Part shown: one piece after another, positions 54,834 through 64,000 of the stretch
Numbering within the stretch: position 1 is the stretch's first letter
Layout of the letters: every line of letters starts with the position of its first letter
Origin: Wickerhamiella versatilis
Taxonomy: Eukaryota
Assembly: GCA_030867685.1 (NCBI GenBank)
Contig: JAQOWU010000007.1
Coordinates: 1,984,001-2,048,000, forward strand
Length of the DNA stretch: 64,000 nt
Direction: 5' to 3'
Translations under genes and position numbers: made by a program
The notes under the pieces: generated by a model
Seen by the model: only the letters and a program-made list of their open reading frames with translations
Told to the model about the DNA's origin: nothing
The model's database searches: none

Positions 54834-57800
54834 ATGGAAGCCCTGCTTCCAGTATTTCATCCAGAGCCTCTGGTAACAGTTCGAGGTAATTTCTTGAAAG
54901 GAGATAACATCCAGCTTGCAGATGTGTATGGCGACCGAGTAATATTACGGGAATTGACTGTAGACAAGAGACCTCTTCCACCACGGGTAATTCATGTCAA
55001 ATATCCCATTTTTTGGGCTAAGAAAGTTTCAGGACGTGTTATATCTTCTTCAGGGAATCATGGTGACTCACTGATCCTCATTACGGGTCCAAGACCAACA
55101 GATGGAGGTGCTATTCGTTTTGAGTGGAATGATACTGTCAATGCCTTTGAAACTAAAAGAATATGCAAGCCTACTGGTATCAAGGCTCTCGATTGCTGGC
55201 CTGATGGGCGTGTAGCTTCTTGGTCCTATGATTCTGATTTACGTTTGCATCGAGCGCCTCCCAAAGAACGTGAACCAGGCAATGTTGTTGATAGAATAGC
55301 ATCCCGGCGACGCACTGGGGAGGTTTTTGAAGTGACTTGTCTAGGTGATGGCAGATTTGGTGTTCTTCTCCGACCGCCACAAAATACTGCTTCGGCCATA
55401 GTTTCAGTGTATAGGCTAAGTGGCGGTCCTAAAAAGCTTGAGGTGGAGGATATGAGAGTAACAATTTGGGGTGCGCAGAACGCTGAGAGAGGTAAGTGTA
55501 TGAGGCTAATATGTGCAGATAAAACAGGCAATTCTTTCATAGTCGTGCACCCTGGTGGAATTAATATTGCATTTCGAGAATCCGACCGCTGGCAGTGCTT
55601 GCTACCTTTCAAAATTCATTCAAGACATAGTATAGTATCTGTGGAGGTTCTGGATGCTGTCGCAGACCGGTATAAACTTCTTGTATCACTAGACGGCCCT
55701 GAATTATGGCTACTTGTACTCAATCTTGATCGCGTGAGTCGCTTGGTAACAGGGACGCAAGAACGCCTCGAACTTCCATCGGAAGCAACCCATGTGAAGC
55801 TTTTGGCAAAAGATCTACTCAAGATTTGGCTACGTGATGAGCATCCACTATTGTGCGACGTCATAGTTGCACCTGATATGAGCTGTAAACCTGTTTTACA
55901 GGACTGTATGAGGGTGTCTCTTGGCTTCGATTTTGGGAAAATTGACCTTTCTCGTGCATTCTATGATGACGGACGGTTAATTATACCTGGATATGGTAGT
56001 ATCTACTGGCACTTCCCCACGAGGTCTCATGGATTAGTTCCAAATAGCGGTGGTATCCGTAAAACCTGGAGGATTGCTCGAAACAAAATTGCAATATCTA
56101 CCACAACTCAGACAGCCGTTCTAGATTGGAACTCTGAAGAAAAAGAGTTTATACCCACCACTATTCTTACCTGGTTTATTCAGGATGAGACATCGATTTA
56201 TGCAGACGATGTTGTTCAAGTGACTCCATCGAAGATAAATAACCATGGAAATCACTTGGAACTTGATTTAGATGATGGACCTGCGGCACACGCGATTCGG
56301 AGTGGTCACTTCTTGTTTATTGTTACATCGTGTAAACTTCTGAAAGTTGACATTTCTCAACCGGTACCTAGTGTTTCCAGATCTCGTGAAGTCTCAAATT
56401 TACAATGTGTGAATATGATCTCTTTATGGAGGTCTCATTTGTCTCTGGCTTTTCACTCTAAGGTAGATCTTTACAGTACGGACACACTTGATGAAAGAAG
56501 ATACCCGATATTATACCCGAATCGTATCATAACGGGTTTAAAGGGGAATAAAGTCGCTTTTTCTGATGGCATGGTGTGTACTTTTGGCCATGCAACGAAA
56601 TATAAAATTACTGATTGTGGGTATGGACCTGTTCGTTTACTTGAACTTCATGACTCCTTAGTCTTAGCAGTCGGTATCGAACGCTCATATATTATTGGAC
56701 TAGCTAAAGGTTCTTTTACGCCAGTTCCAGTTACAGGAACCCAGAATGTAACAGCAGTCACCCCGCTAAATGACCAAGAATGTGCTGTCGTACAAAATGA
56801 CCTGAAAGTTATTTTGTTCAAACCAGCAGTTCCGAAATTAGATATCGCTAACCCCTTGGCGGAAGTAACTTGCATATCTTACGGTACTGATCGTACCAAA
56901 TTGCTCACGATACTTGGAGGACGTTTATGTGCTGGAGAAAATATGCGATTTACGTTAGATTTTGACCATGATATACGTGGTGCCATAGCGGCAGAGGCCA
57001 CTCTTCTCGATGAGAATATGGAATTTGTATTATTAGTCGAAGGAACAAATGTTCATGCTCTACGTGCAGACCCCCTCGAAGTTTGTTGTAGTATAGACCT
57101 CAGTGCCAGAGCTTTGAGTATCCACTGGATTTTCGAGGGCAGTGTAGCTGCAGTGATTACAGATGGTTTCGTTATTTTTTTGAAGACCATATCGAGTATT
57201 TCAGGTCGGCTCAGTATCAGCGTGAGTCAACGAGTTAGTTTCATTGATAATCTAGATGACGGAAGATTTGAAGTTGTGGGTTCAACAGCTTCGGATGGAA
57301 AACTAGCTGTGAAGCTCTCAGAAAGTAGCCATATGCATAGTCCAGTGGTCCAATTTCTCTGGATGGCTCCAACCTTGGGCCCTCGTTCTACTCCCGAACA
57401 TGAAGGGCATTTGCGTGTAGTAGCCACTACTTGCTGGAGGCAGAAACCCACAGATGACTTAAAAATAGCGCATGTGCATTCCAAGGTATTCGTAACTATG
57501 TTTGAGGACTTTCCCACAGCTTTGAGTGTTGTTAGCTCCCGCTACACTGGTTATCATCAAGATATGTACGAGGATGGAGAAATATATGAAGTTCCGATCG
57601 AAGACCACCCAATAAGTCGCGACGAAATGATGCGAATGGCCACTCTTCGATCACCTCTGGATACAAAGCCTTATTTTAAGAACTGCGAAAGCCTATCGAA
57701 GAACCCTATTAATATTCGTACGGAGGAAGCAGTAATTGGAACAAGTTGGCAAGTGTTAAGAGGTGTCAATGTTGCCTGGATGAGACAACTACGGAAAAAA

Positions 57801-58271
57801 AGTTTTTGCGAATGTGATTTGAACCCACATGTTTTACTTTTGTCGCCAATTTCGGGGGTCAATGTTCTTGTAGGAGGCAGAGAATCGGCTTCAGAAAAAG
57901 TTGCATTAACAAAATGGACCTCGGAATCGGAAGTAATGCGTCCTTTCCGTCTGATGGGAGATCTAAATGCTTCGCACAGAAGCCAAGATACGCGCGAGTT
58001 AGGAGACGTGGTCGACGCAAGGCTCGTCGATGGTATTGACGACATCAGAGTTCATTTGGAAGACACTCCTCTAAGTGAGGATGCTGAAAGCCGATTGAAA
58101 TACCTCTCTGAACAGGAAGCTTCTATAAAAGAATTCGAATTACGTGAAAAGGCCGAATCTCTAAGCTATAATGATACTCTAGAGAGATTCGTTCTTCGTA
58201 ATCCTGGGCTTCCTTCAAGCTTTCTCAAACACAAGATTGGAAGGCTTGCTTTGTATTGCTTTTGCGATTAA
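54834..58271 (+). CDS. Large beta-propeller protein, probable highly divergent DDB1/Mms1/CPSF-A family member
   Basis: 1145 aa, beta-strand-rich; N-terminus (HPEPLVTVRGNFL..D.IQL....GDRVIL) resembles the DDB1 start as I recall it. Confidence 0.5.
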   Translation: MEALLPVFHPEPLVTVRGNFLKGDNIQLADVYGDRVILRELTVDKRPLPPRVIHVKYPIFWAKKVSGRVISSSGNHGDSLILITGPRPTDGGAIRFEWNDTVNAFETKRICKPTGIKALDCWPDGRVASWSYDSDLRLHRAPPKEREPGNVVDRIASRRRTGEVFEVTCLGDGRFGVLLRPPQNTASAIVSVYRLSGGPKKLEVEDMRVTIWGAQNAERGKCMRLICADKTGNSFIVVHPGGINIAFRESDRWQCLLPFKIHSRHSIVSVEVLDAVADRYKLLVSLDGPELWLLVLNLDRVSRLVTGTQERLELPSEATHVKLLAKDLLKIWLRDEHPLLCDVIVAPDMSCKPVLQDCMRVSLGFDFGKIDLSRAFYDDGRLIIPGYGSIYWHFPTRSHGLVPNSGGIRKTWRIARNKIAISTTTQTAVLDWNSEEKEFIPTTILTWFIQDETSIYADDVVQVTPSKINNHGNHLELDLDDGPAAHAIRSGHFLFIVTSCKLLKVDISQPVPSVSRSREVSNLQCVNMISLWRSHLSLAFHSKVDLYSTDTLDERRYPILYPNRIITGLKGNKVAFSDGMVCTFGHATKYKITDCGYGPVRLLELHDSLVLAVGIERSYIIGLAKGSFTPVPVTGTQNVTAVTPLNDQECAVVQNDLKVILFKPAVPKLDIANPLAEVTCISYGTDRTKLLTILGGRLCAGENMRFTLDFDHDIRGAIAAEATLLDENMEFVLLVEGTNVHALRADPLEVCCSIDLSARALSIHWIFEGSVAAVITDGFVIFLKTISSISGRLSISVSQRVSFIDNLDDGRFEVVGSTASDGKLAVKLSESSHMHSPVVQFLWMAPTLGPRSTPEHEGHLRVVATTCWRQKPTDDLKIAHVHSKVFVTMFEDFPTALSVVSSRYTGYHQDMYEDGEIYEVPIEDHPISRDEMMRMATLRSPLDTKPYFKNCESLSKNPINIRTEEAVIGTSWQVLRGVNVAWMRQLRKKSFCECDLNPHVLLLSPISGVNVLVGGRESASEKVALTKWTSESEVMRPFRLMGDLNASHRSQDTRELGDVVDARLVDGIDDIRVHLEDTPLSEDAESRLKYLSEQEASIKEFELREKAESLSYNDTLERFVLRNPGLPSSFLKHKIGRLALYCFCD

Positions 58272-58325
58272 CCGTTACTGAATTATTTAATAATGGCTGA
58301 ATGGAATACTAATATAACCTACCAC

Positions 58326-60614
58326 TTAATTTTGAGATTTCTTGGGCATCTTAGCAATGGTCTTGTCAAGAGAACTAGTGTCAACACCATACTTTTGAGA
58401 TTCTTGCGAAAGGTGTTCAACGGTCTGTTGGTACTGAGCATAGGCAGCATCAGATACCATATCAATACCACCACCAAGGAGGTTGGAGATCAGGACCTCA
58501 GCGCCGTTGGTGACAGACTGAACGAAGGGTCCAAGGAGTACATTGGCCACTGCTTCAGAACCACCGAGGGTGACAGGAGCAAGGAATTGACCAACAGTAG
58601 CGATAGCATTGTCGATCTGAGAGTCAGCACCAGTGATGAAAGAGCTGATAACATCAGAAGCTGCATGACCATCGTGAGACTGGAGCTCGCGGTTCAAGGT
58701 ATCCTGAACCTGTTGGGCATTCTGCATAGACCCCTTGATACCACTGGGGATATCAGCGGTGTTTTGGCGCTTAGAGTGGCCCTTTGATGGGAACTTGGCG
58801 ATGGTTTTGTCTAATGAACTGGTGTCAACACCATACTTCTGAGATTCTTTCGAAAGGTGCTCAACGGTCTGTTGGTATTGAGTATAGGCAGCATCAGAGA
58901 CCATATCAATACCACCACCAAGGAGGTTGGAGATCAGGACCTCAGCACCGTTGGTAACAGACTGGACGAAGGGTCCAAGGAGTACATTGGCCACTGCTTC
59001 AGAACCACCGAGGGTGACAGGAGCAAGGAATTGACCAACAGTAGCGATAGCATTGTCGATTTGAGAATCAGCACCAGTGATGAAAGAGCTGATAACATCA
59101 GAAGCGGCATGACCATCGTGAGACTGGAGCTCGCGGTTCAAGGTATCCTGAACCTGTTGAGCATTCTGCATAGACCCCTTGATACCACTGGGGATATCAG
59201 CGGTGTTTTGACGCTTAGAGTGGTTCTTGGATGGGAACTTGGCGATTGTCTTGTCCAATGAACTGGTATCAACACCGTACTTTTGAGATTCTTGCGAAAG
59301 GTGTTCAACGGTCTGTTGGTATTGAGCATAGGCAGCATCAGATACCATATCAATACCACCACCAAGGAGGTTGGAGATCAGTACCTCAGCACCGTTGGTA
59401 ACAGACTGGACGAAGGGCCCAAGGAGTACATTGGCCACTGCTTCAGAACCACCGAGGGTGACAGGAGCAAGGAATTGACCAACAGTAGCGATAGCATTGT
59501 CGATCTGAGAGTCAGCGCCAGTGATGAAAGAGCTGATAACATCAGAAGCGGCATGACCATCATGAGACTGGAGCTCGCGGTTCAAGGTATCCTGAACCTG
59601 TTGGGCATTCTGCATAGAGCCCTTAATACCACTGGGGATATCAGCGGTGTTTTGGCGCTTAGAGTGGCCCTTTGATGGGAACTTGGCGATGGTCTTGTCA
59701 AGAGAACTGGTGTCAACACCGTACTTCTGAGATTCTTGCGAAAGGTGTTCAACGGTCTGTTGGTATTGAGCATAGGCAGCATCAGAGACCATATCAATAC
59801 CACCACCAAGGAGGTTGGAGATCAGGACCTCAGCACCGTTGGTAACAGACTGAACGAAGGGTCCAAGGAGTACATTGGCCACTGCTTCAGAACCACCGAG
59901 GGTGACAGGAGCAAGGAATTGACCAACAGTAGCGATAGCATTATCGATCTGAGAGTCAGCACCAGTGATGAAAGAGCTGATAACATCAGAAGCGGCATGA
60001 CCATCGTGAGACTGGAGCTCGCGGTTCAGGGTATCCTGAACCTGTTGGGCATTCTGCATAGACCCCTTGATACCACTGGGGATATCAGCGGTGTTTTGGC
60101 GCTTAGAGTGGCCCTTTGATGGGAACTTGGCGATTGTCTTGTCCAATGAACTGGTATCAACACCGTACTTTTGAGATTCTTGCGAAAGATGCTCAACGGT
60201 CTGTTGGTATTGAGCATAGGCAGCATCAGAGACCATATCAATACCACCACCAAGGAGGTTGGAGATCAGTACCTCAGCACCGTTGGTAACAGACTGGACG
60301 AAGGGCCCAAGGAGTACATTGGCCACTGCTTCAGAACCACCGAGGGTGACAGGAGCAAGGAATTGACCAACAGTAGCGATAGCATTATCGATTTGAGAAT
60401 CAGCACCAGTGATGAAAGAGCTGATAACATCAGAAGCGGCATGGCCATCATGAGACTGGAGCTCGCGGTTCAAGGTATCCTGAACCTGTTGGGCATTCTG
60501 CATAGACCCCTTAATACCACTGGGAATATCGGCAGTGTTCTGACGTTTGACAAGGTCAAGAGGAGCACCATGTGTGAGAGCGAGTGTAACGAGTGCGACA
60601 ATTGAGAATTGCAT
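58326..60614 (-). CDS. Secreted Kex2-processed tandem polyprotein: prepro leader plus five units of 146-148 aa
   Basis: MQFSIVALVTLALTHG-APLDLVKR, then five QNTADIP...KTIAK units joined by HSKR; 762 aa from ATG 60614. Confidence 0.92.
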   Translation of the reverse strand: MQFSIVALVTLALTHGAPLDLVKRQNTADIPSGIKGSMQNAQQVQDTLNRELQSHDGHAASDVISSFITGADSQIDNAIATVGQFLAPVTLGGSEAVANVLLGPFVQSVTNGAEVLISNLLGGGIDMVSDAAYAQYQQTVEHLSQESQKYGVDTSSLDKTIAKFPSKGHSKRQNTADIPSGIKGSMQNAQQVQDTLNRELQSHDGHAASDVISSFITGADSQIDNAIATVGQFLAPVTLGGSEAVANVLLGPFVQSVTNGAEVLISNLLGGGIDMVSDAAYAQYQQTVEHLSQESQKYGVDTSSLDKTIAKFPSKGHSKRQNTADIPSGIKGSMQNAQQVQDTLNRELQSHDGHAASDVISSFITGADSQIDNAIATVGQFLAPVTLGGSEAVANVLLGPFVQSVTNGAEVLISNLLGGGIDMVSDAAYAQYQQTVEHLSQESQKYGVDTSSLDKTIAKFPSKNHSKRQNTADIPSGIKGSMQNAQQVQDTLNRELQSHDGHAASDVISSFITGADSQIDNAIATVGQFLAPVTLGGSEAVANVLLGPFVQSVTNGAEVLISNLLGGGIDMVSDAAYTQYQQTVEHLSKESQKYGVDTSSLDKTIAKFPSKGHSKRQNTADIPSGIKGSMQNAQQVQDTLNRELQSHDGHAASDVISSFITGADSQIDNAIATVGQFLAPVTLGGSEAVANVLLGPFVQSVTNGAEVLISNLLGGGIDMVSDAAYAQYQQTVEHLSQESQKYGVDTSSLDKTIAKMPKKSQN
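58329..60542 (-). repeat. Five 444-bp tandem coding repeats: 60542-60099, 60098-59655, 59654-59211, 59210-58767, 58766-58329 (last one 438 bp)
   Basis: Identical motifs recur with exact 444-nt period, also visible in shadow ORFs at 58490, 58934, 59378, 59822 and 60266. Confidence 0.97.
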
Positions 60615-60662
60615 TTGAAAAGAGTGTAAAATTCTGTGATAATTACCGTTCCCCAGGCACTC

Positions 60663-60670
60663 CTTATATA
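60663..60670 (-). promoter_or_regulatory. TATA box of the polyprotein gene
   Basis: TATATAAG on the minus strand about 50 bp upstream of ATG 60614, supporting that start over 60686. Confidence 0.55.
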
Positions 60671-61323
60671 CAAAAAATATCTTCATTAAAGTGCTGCACT
60701 ACACACGAAACTTCTGTGCATCCTCGCGACGACATGTAGTATAGGTCGTTTCATGTTCCAGGAAACATTGTCACTTCAATTTGCATATGCGAGATCATTC
60801 TCCAAAACTGAAAATTATAAATGATAATACGCCTATTTTCTCAAATAAACAAAGGTTTGTAGTCCTCAAGCACCGCCAATAGTGATGGCAACACAACTTC
60901 ACCGTTTGTCGATTAAAGTTATCATCTTAATCATATTAAAGTGGTCCATTATAAGGTTAGCTAGCAGTGTTTCAAACCTCGTCATTTGGAAGGTTTGGCA
61001 CGATATGGAAAATGATTTGGTGTTTTCACGTGGTCTTCTTCGCTAAGTGGCCGTGGTTTGAGTGCACCTTCCCCTTTACTCAGCATATCACTAGGTATGG
61101 TGCTTAAAATACCAGAATAATTTATCTATTTGCAGCATTCAATTCTATCTCTGGGCTCGCTTTCCCTGCGCGAACGTTCAACTTTATTTTCCTTGATTTC
61201 GAATGACCAGACATAGTCATGTGATCAAGCAAATGTGGATTAGGGTGGGCGCACGTTGTCGCGGCGATCGATTGGCTAAGCCAGGTAGAGTAAACTCCGT
61301 GTCCAACTCTTAAATTACACAGT

Positions 61324-62184
61324 ATGTCAGTACCCAACTTCAAAGATATTTCCAAGGCCGCTAATGACCTGTTGTCCAAGGATTTCTACCACACATCTCC
61401 GTTGAGTGTTGAGGTTAATACGCGTGCCCCCAATGGTGTGAGCTTTGCTGTTGATGGAAAGTCGAACCAGAAGGACAGCACTCTTGCCGGAAAGATCGAG
61501 GCCAAGTACCAGGACAAGGCTTCTGGTGTGACTCTTACACAGGGTTGGCTTACCTCCAACGTCCTTAATACCAAGGTCGAGCTCAACGAAGCCTTTACTC
61601 CTGGCCTCAAGGGTGAGGTGGACACCAGCTTCCTCCCTGAAACTGGCGCCAAGGGCACCAAGGTTGGTCTCACTTACAAGCAGCCAGGCGTCTCTGCTCA
61701 GCTGCTTGTAGATGTACTCAAGGGACCTGGTTTCACTGGTAACGTTGTGCTTGGTCACAAGGGCTTCCTTAGTGGTGGTGAAATAGCATATGATATTGCC
61801 ACTGGTAAAATTTCCCGCTATAGTGGACAGCTCGGCTACGTTGCTCCTACTTATGCTGCTACTCTTGCTGCCACCAATAACTTGTCAGTGTACTCGGCTG
61901 CCTTCTTCCACCGCGTCGATTTGGCGACAGAGGTAGGTGCACGGGCTACTTGGGACTCCAAGAGCCCATCTGCCGGTAACGTGGGCTTGGAAGGTGCTGT
62001 CAAGCACTTCCTTGACCCCTCAGCCTTCGTCAAGGCTAAGCTCAACAACCAGGGCATTGCAACTTTGGGATACTCTCATGCTCTTCGTCCAGGTGTCACC
62101 CTTGGCGTTGGTCTCCTTGCTGACATCCAGCGTCTTGATGAGAGTGCACACAAGGTTGGTCTATCTCTGAAGTTCAGTGCCTAA
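61324..62184 (+). CDS. POR1: Mitochondrial outer membrane porin (VDAC)
   Basis: PNFKDISKAANDLLSKDFYH, TLTQGW, FVKAKLNNQG, LRPGVTL and HKVGLSLKF. Confidence 0.96.
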   Translation: MSVPNFKDISKAANDLLSKDFYHTSPLSVEVNTRAPNGVSFAVDGKSNQKDSTLAGKIEAKYQDKASGVTLTQGWLTSNVLNTKVELNEAFTPGLKGEVDTSFLPETGAKGTKVGLTYKQPGVSAQLLVDVLKGPGFTGNVVLGHKGFLSGGEIAYDIATGKISRYSGQLGYVAPTYAATLAATNNLSVYSAAFFHRVDLATEVGARATWDSKSPSAGNVGLEGAVKHFLDPSAFVKAKLNNQGIATLGYSHALRPGVTLGVGLLADIQRLDESAHKVGLSLKFSA

Positions 62185-62266
62185 GCTTGTGCTGACCAGA
62201 GGGATAGAACATATCTTTTTTTTGGCTAATCGTCAGTATCGTAAACTTAAGTCCGTCTATAAGTTT

Positions 62267-62884
62267 CTATCGTAAAAGAAGATAAATCGCGCTTCCACCA
62301 ATCATTGCCATTCCAGCAGCCTTCAGTGCTAACTTGGTGCCAGAGGTCGGCATTGGTGGCTCTTTCTTCGCCTTTGGCGCATGATCCCTATTGGAACCTT
62401 TTCTATGAGCATCATAACGTTGTTGGTTTCGTAAGTGGCTTTCGTAGTCAAAATGGGAGGCATCATTGACTGTATGATCACGATAGCGTGGCCTCAGCGG
62501 GTCTAAGTGAGCACTATGTCGTGCACGATGTTGGCGTCCATAATAGGGCCGTGCTTGAAACCTGTGCCCGGAAGCTGCCCGTGGAGTTCCTTGCCACGAA
62601 CCTTGGTTAGTGGGCCTCCGGTATCCACCAGGACGACGCACTGCTGCCCCGAGACTCATGTCAAAGTCATGTCGTGCCTTCTTGTTTGAAAGCACGGCAT
62701 AAGCAGCAGTAATCTGCTGGTACTTTTCTTGACCTGCCTCCTTGTTACGGTCCGGATGGTAATGGCGTGAGAGCTCGTAAAATCTCCGCTTTATCTCCTT
62801 GGCAGAAGCTCCCACCGACACTCCCAAAATATCATAGTGATTTTGACGAATTCGCGGCACCGGTGATGTGCTGAAGAGCCGCAT
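62267..62884 (-). CDS. Mitochondrial J-domain protein with C-terminal membrane anchor
   Basis: Presequence, NHYDILGV, YHPDRN HPD motif, AYAVLS and hydrophobic C-terminus. Confidence 0.85.
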   Translation of the reverse strand: MRLFSTSPVPRIRQNHYDILGVSVGASAKEIKRRFYELSRHYHPDRNKEAGQEKYQQITAAYAVLSNKKARHDFDMSLGAAVRRPGGYRRPTNQGSWQGTPRAASGHRFQARPYYGRQHRARHSAHLDPLRPRYRDHTVNDASHFDYESHLRNQQRYDAHRKGSNRDHAPKAKKEPPMPTSGTKLALKAAGMAMIGGSAIYLLLR

Positions 62885-63350
62885 TACAACGAATTATATT
62901 GGAAAAAACCTACTCCTATACTTGTTATTCACCGCCATCTAATGCATTATTAATAGAACATTAAGGTAGAGTGGTGCTTCGTTGCATTCAATATTCATAT
63001 ACATTAGGCCATAAAATTTCAGAGATTCTTGATTATTTGTGAGTATTTACAAGCACATTTAGCGTTATTTTCAGTTTGAGACCATGAATTACCCTTTGTT
63101 GCGTAGAATGGGAGACCTAGTGTAGGAAGTAAGCGCCGACTAGCTACAAATGTACCGTTTTGCTGTTTTATAATCACAATCTAGTCAACCCTGGTTCATT
63201 AATGACTGAAATTGAGATCTGAAACTCGCAAAATACAATGTGAATGTAATATCTGAACTTGCAAGAGTCCAGTAGGTTAGGCTTTGAGTGCAATAAGCTC
63301 AGACCCTTTATAAAGTATTCTAGCGCGCTCTTCAGAGAAACTTTCACACA

Positions 63351-64000
63351 ATGGGAAAGGCGGATGATAATTATAGCTCATCAGCCACGGACTCTTTTCC
63401 AAGCACTTCCAAGACCAATTTGGGGGTATTGCACCAAATTGAGTCCTTAAACGACGGGAGCTTTTCCGAGCAAGACTTAGAAACTATTGCATACCACCTT
63501 GACGACTATACAGTTGATGATGCGTACGACATTGTTCGAAATGCTATCACAGAGCACGAGAATGATCCATGTCTTCCAGAATCAACATGGACAAGAATCA
63601 ATCATTTAGTTGATGATTCGGATTCCAAAGCGACCGATAAGTCTATGTGGGAAATTAACTTGAAGTTTGAAGCCTTTTTGATTCACCAATGGTCAATATA
63701 TCCGGAAGTTCGCTCAGTCACCAAGCCGATAGATGAGTCTGATCCCGAGGGTTATGAAAATCTACGCGTCTATGTCATTGCTATTCTATGGAGCTGTGCC
63801 GGCTCATGCCTTGCCACGTTTTTTGCTGTACGCTATCCAGCCATATCTCTAGGCTCGGTAGCTCTGCAGATTTTGATTGCATACACCGGACACCTGTGGG
63901 CTCTAGTGATGCCTTCAATCGTAAATAGAGGCCCATGGACATTCAAAGAGCAGATGCTTGCCACATTGATGATGTCTGCATCTTCTTCCAGCCCGTATTC
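63351..64000 (+). CDS. OPT-family oligopeptide transporter, 5' part, truncated by the window edge
   Basis: Translated by hand from ATG 63351: ...WSIYPEVRSVTKP..ENLRVYVIAILW..FFAVRYPAISL..QIL..NRGPWTFKEQMLAT; absent from the ORF track because it has no stop in the window. Confidence 0.88.
   Translation, partial: MGKADDNYSSSATDSFPSTSKTNLGVLHQIESLNDGSFSEQDLETIAYHLDDYTVDDAYDIVRNAITEHENDPCLPESTWTRINHLVDDSDSKATDKSMWEINLKFEAFLIHQWSIYPEVRSVTKPIDESDPEGYENLRVYVIAILWSCAGSCLATFFAVRYPAISLGSVALQILIAYTGHLWALVMPSIVNRGPWTFKEQMLATLMMSASSSSPY

Noticed and set aside
58329-60542. Tandem array considered as CRISPR, satellite or transposon
   Set aside because: No spacers or terminal repeats; fully in-frame coding with mostly synonymous variation
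58293-60673. Periodic short ORFs on both strands within the polyprotein gene
   Set aside because: Shadows of the 444-bp repeat; only the minus-strand long frame is continuous and carries a signal peptide
60615-60686. Longer start for the polyprotein (786 aa)
   Set aside because: Would bury the signal peptide and includes the TATA box; ATG 60614 fits better

Overview
A gene-dense, apparently intron-free 64 kb stretch of an ascomycete budding-yeast chromosome. Protein style and compactness suggest an early-branching Saccharomycotina lineage such as Wickerhamiella/Starmerella (inference, not verified). It holds about 40 protein-coding genes, mostly housekeeping: PAT1, IDH1, ACP1, PBP1, VMA21, NOP7, PPG1, NPC2, TOM22, RPA49, SEC18, SPB4, DEG1, SSU72, DEP1, DCN1, TIM44, ULP2-like, KU70, APC1, ENP2, GPM1, a CRP1-type Cu-ATPase, POR1 and a partial OPT transporter. 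I found no convincing tRNA, rRNA or transposon. Four observations stand out. (1) A secreted polyprotein gene (60614..58326, minus strand) encodes a signal/pro peptide plus five near-identical units of about 148 aa, each released by a Lys-Arg (Kex2-type) site and starting with Gln. (2) A diverged, leaderless single-unit homolog of the same domain lies about 18 kb away (39685..40113). (3) A stand-alone histone H3 is strongly divergent, with a tail insertion and C-terminal extension. (4) There is a secreted pseudo-phosphatase and a His/Gly-repeat GPI protein. All calls come from reading the sequence and recalled family motifs; no database searches were run.
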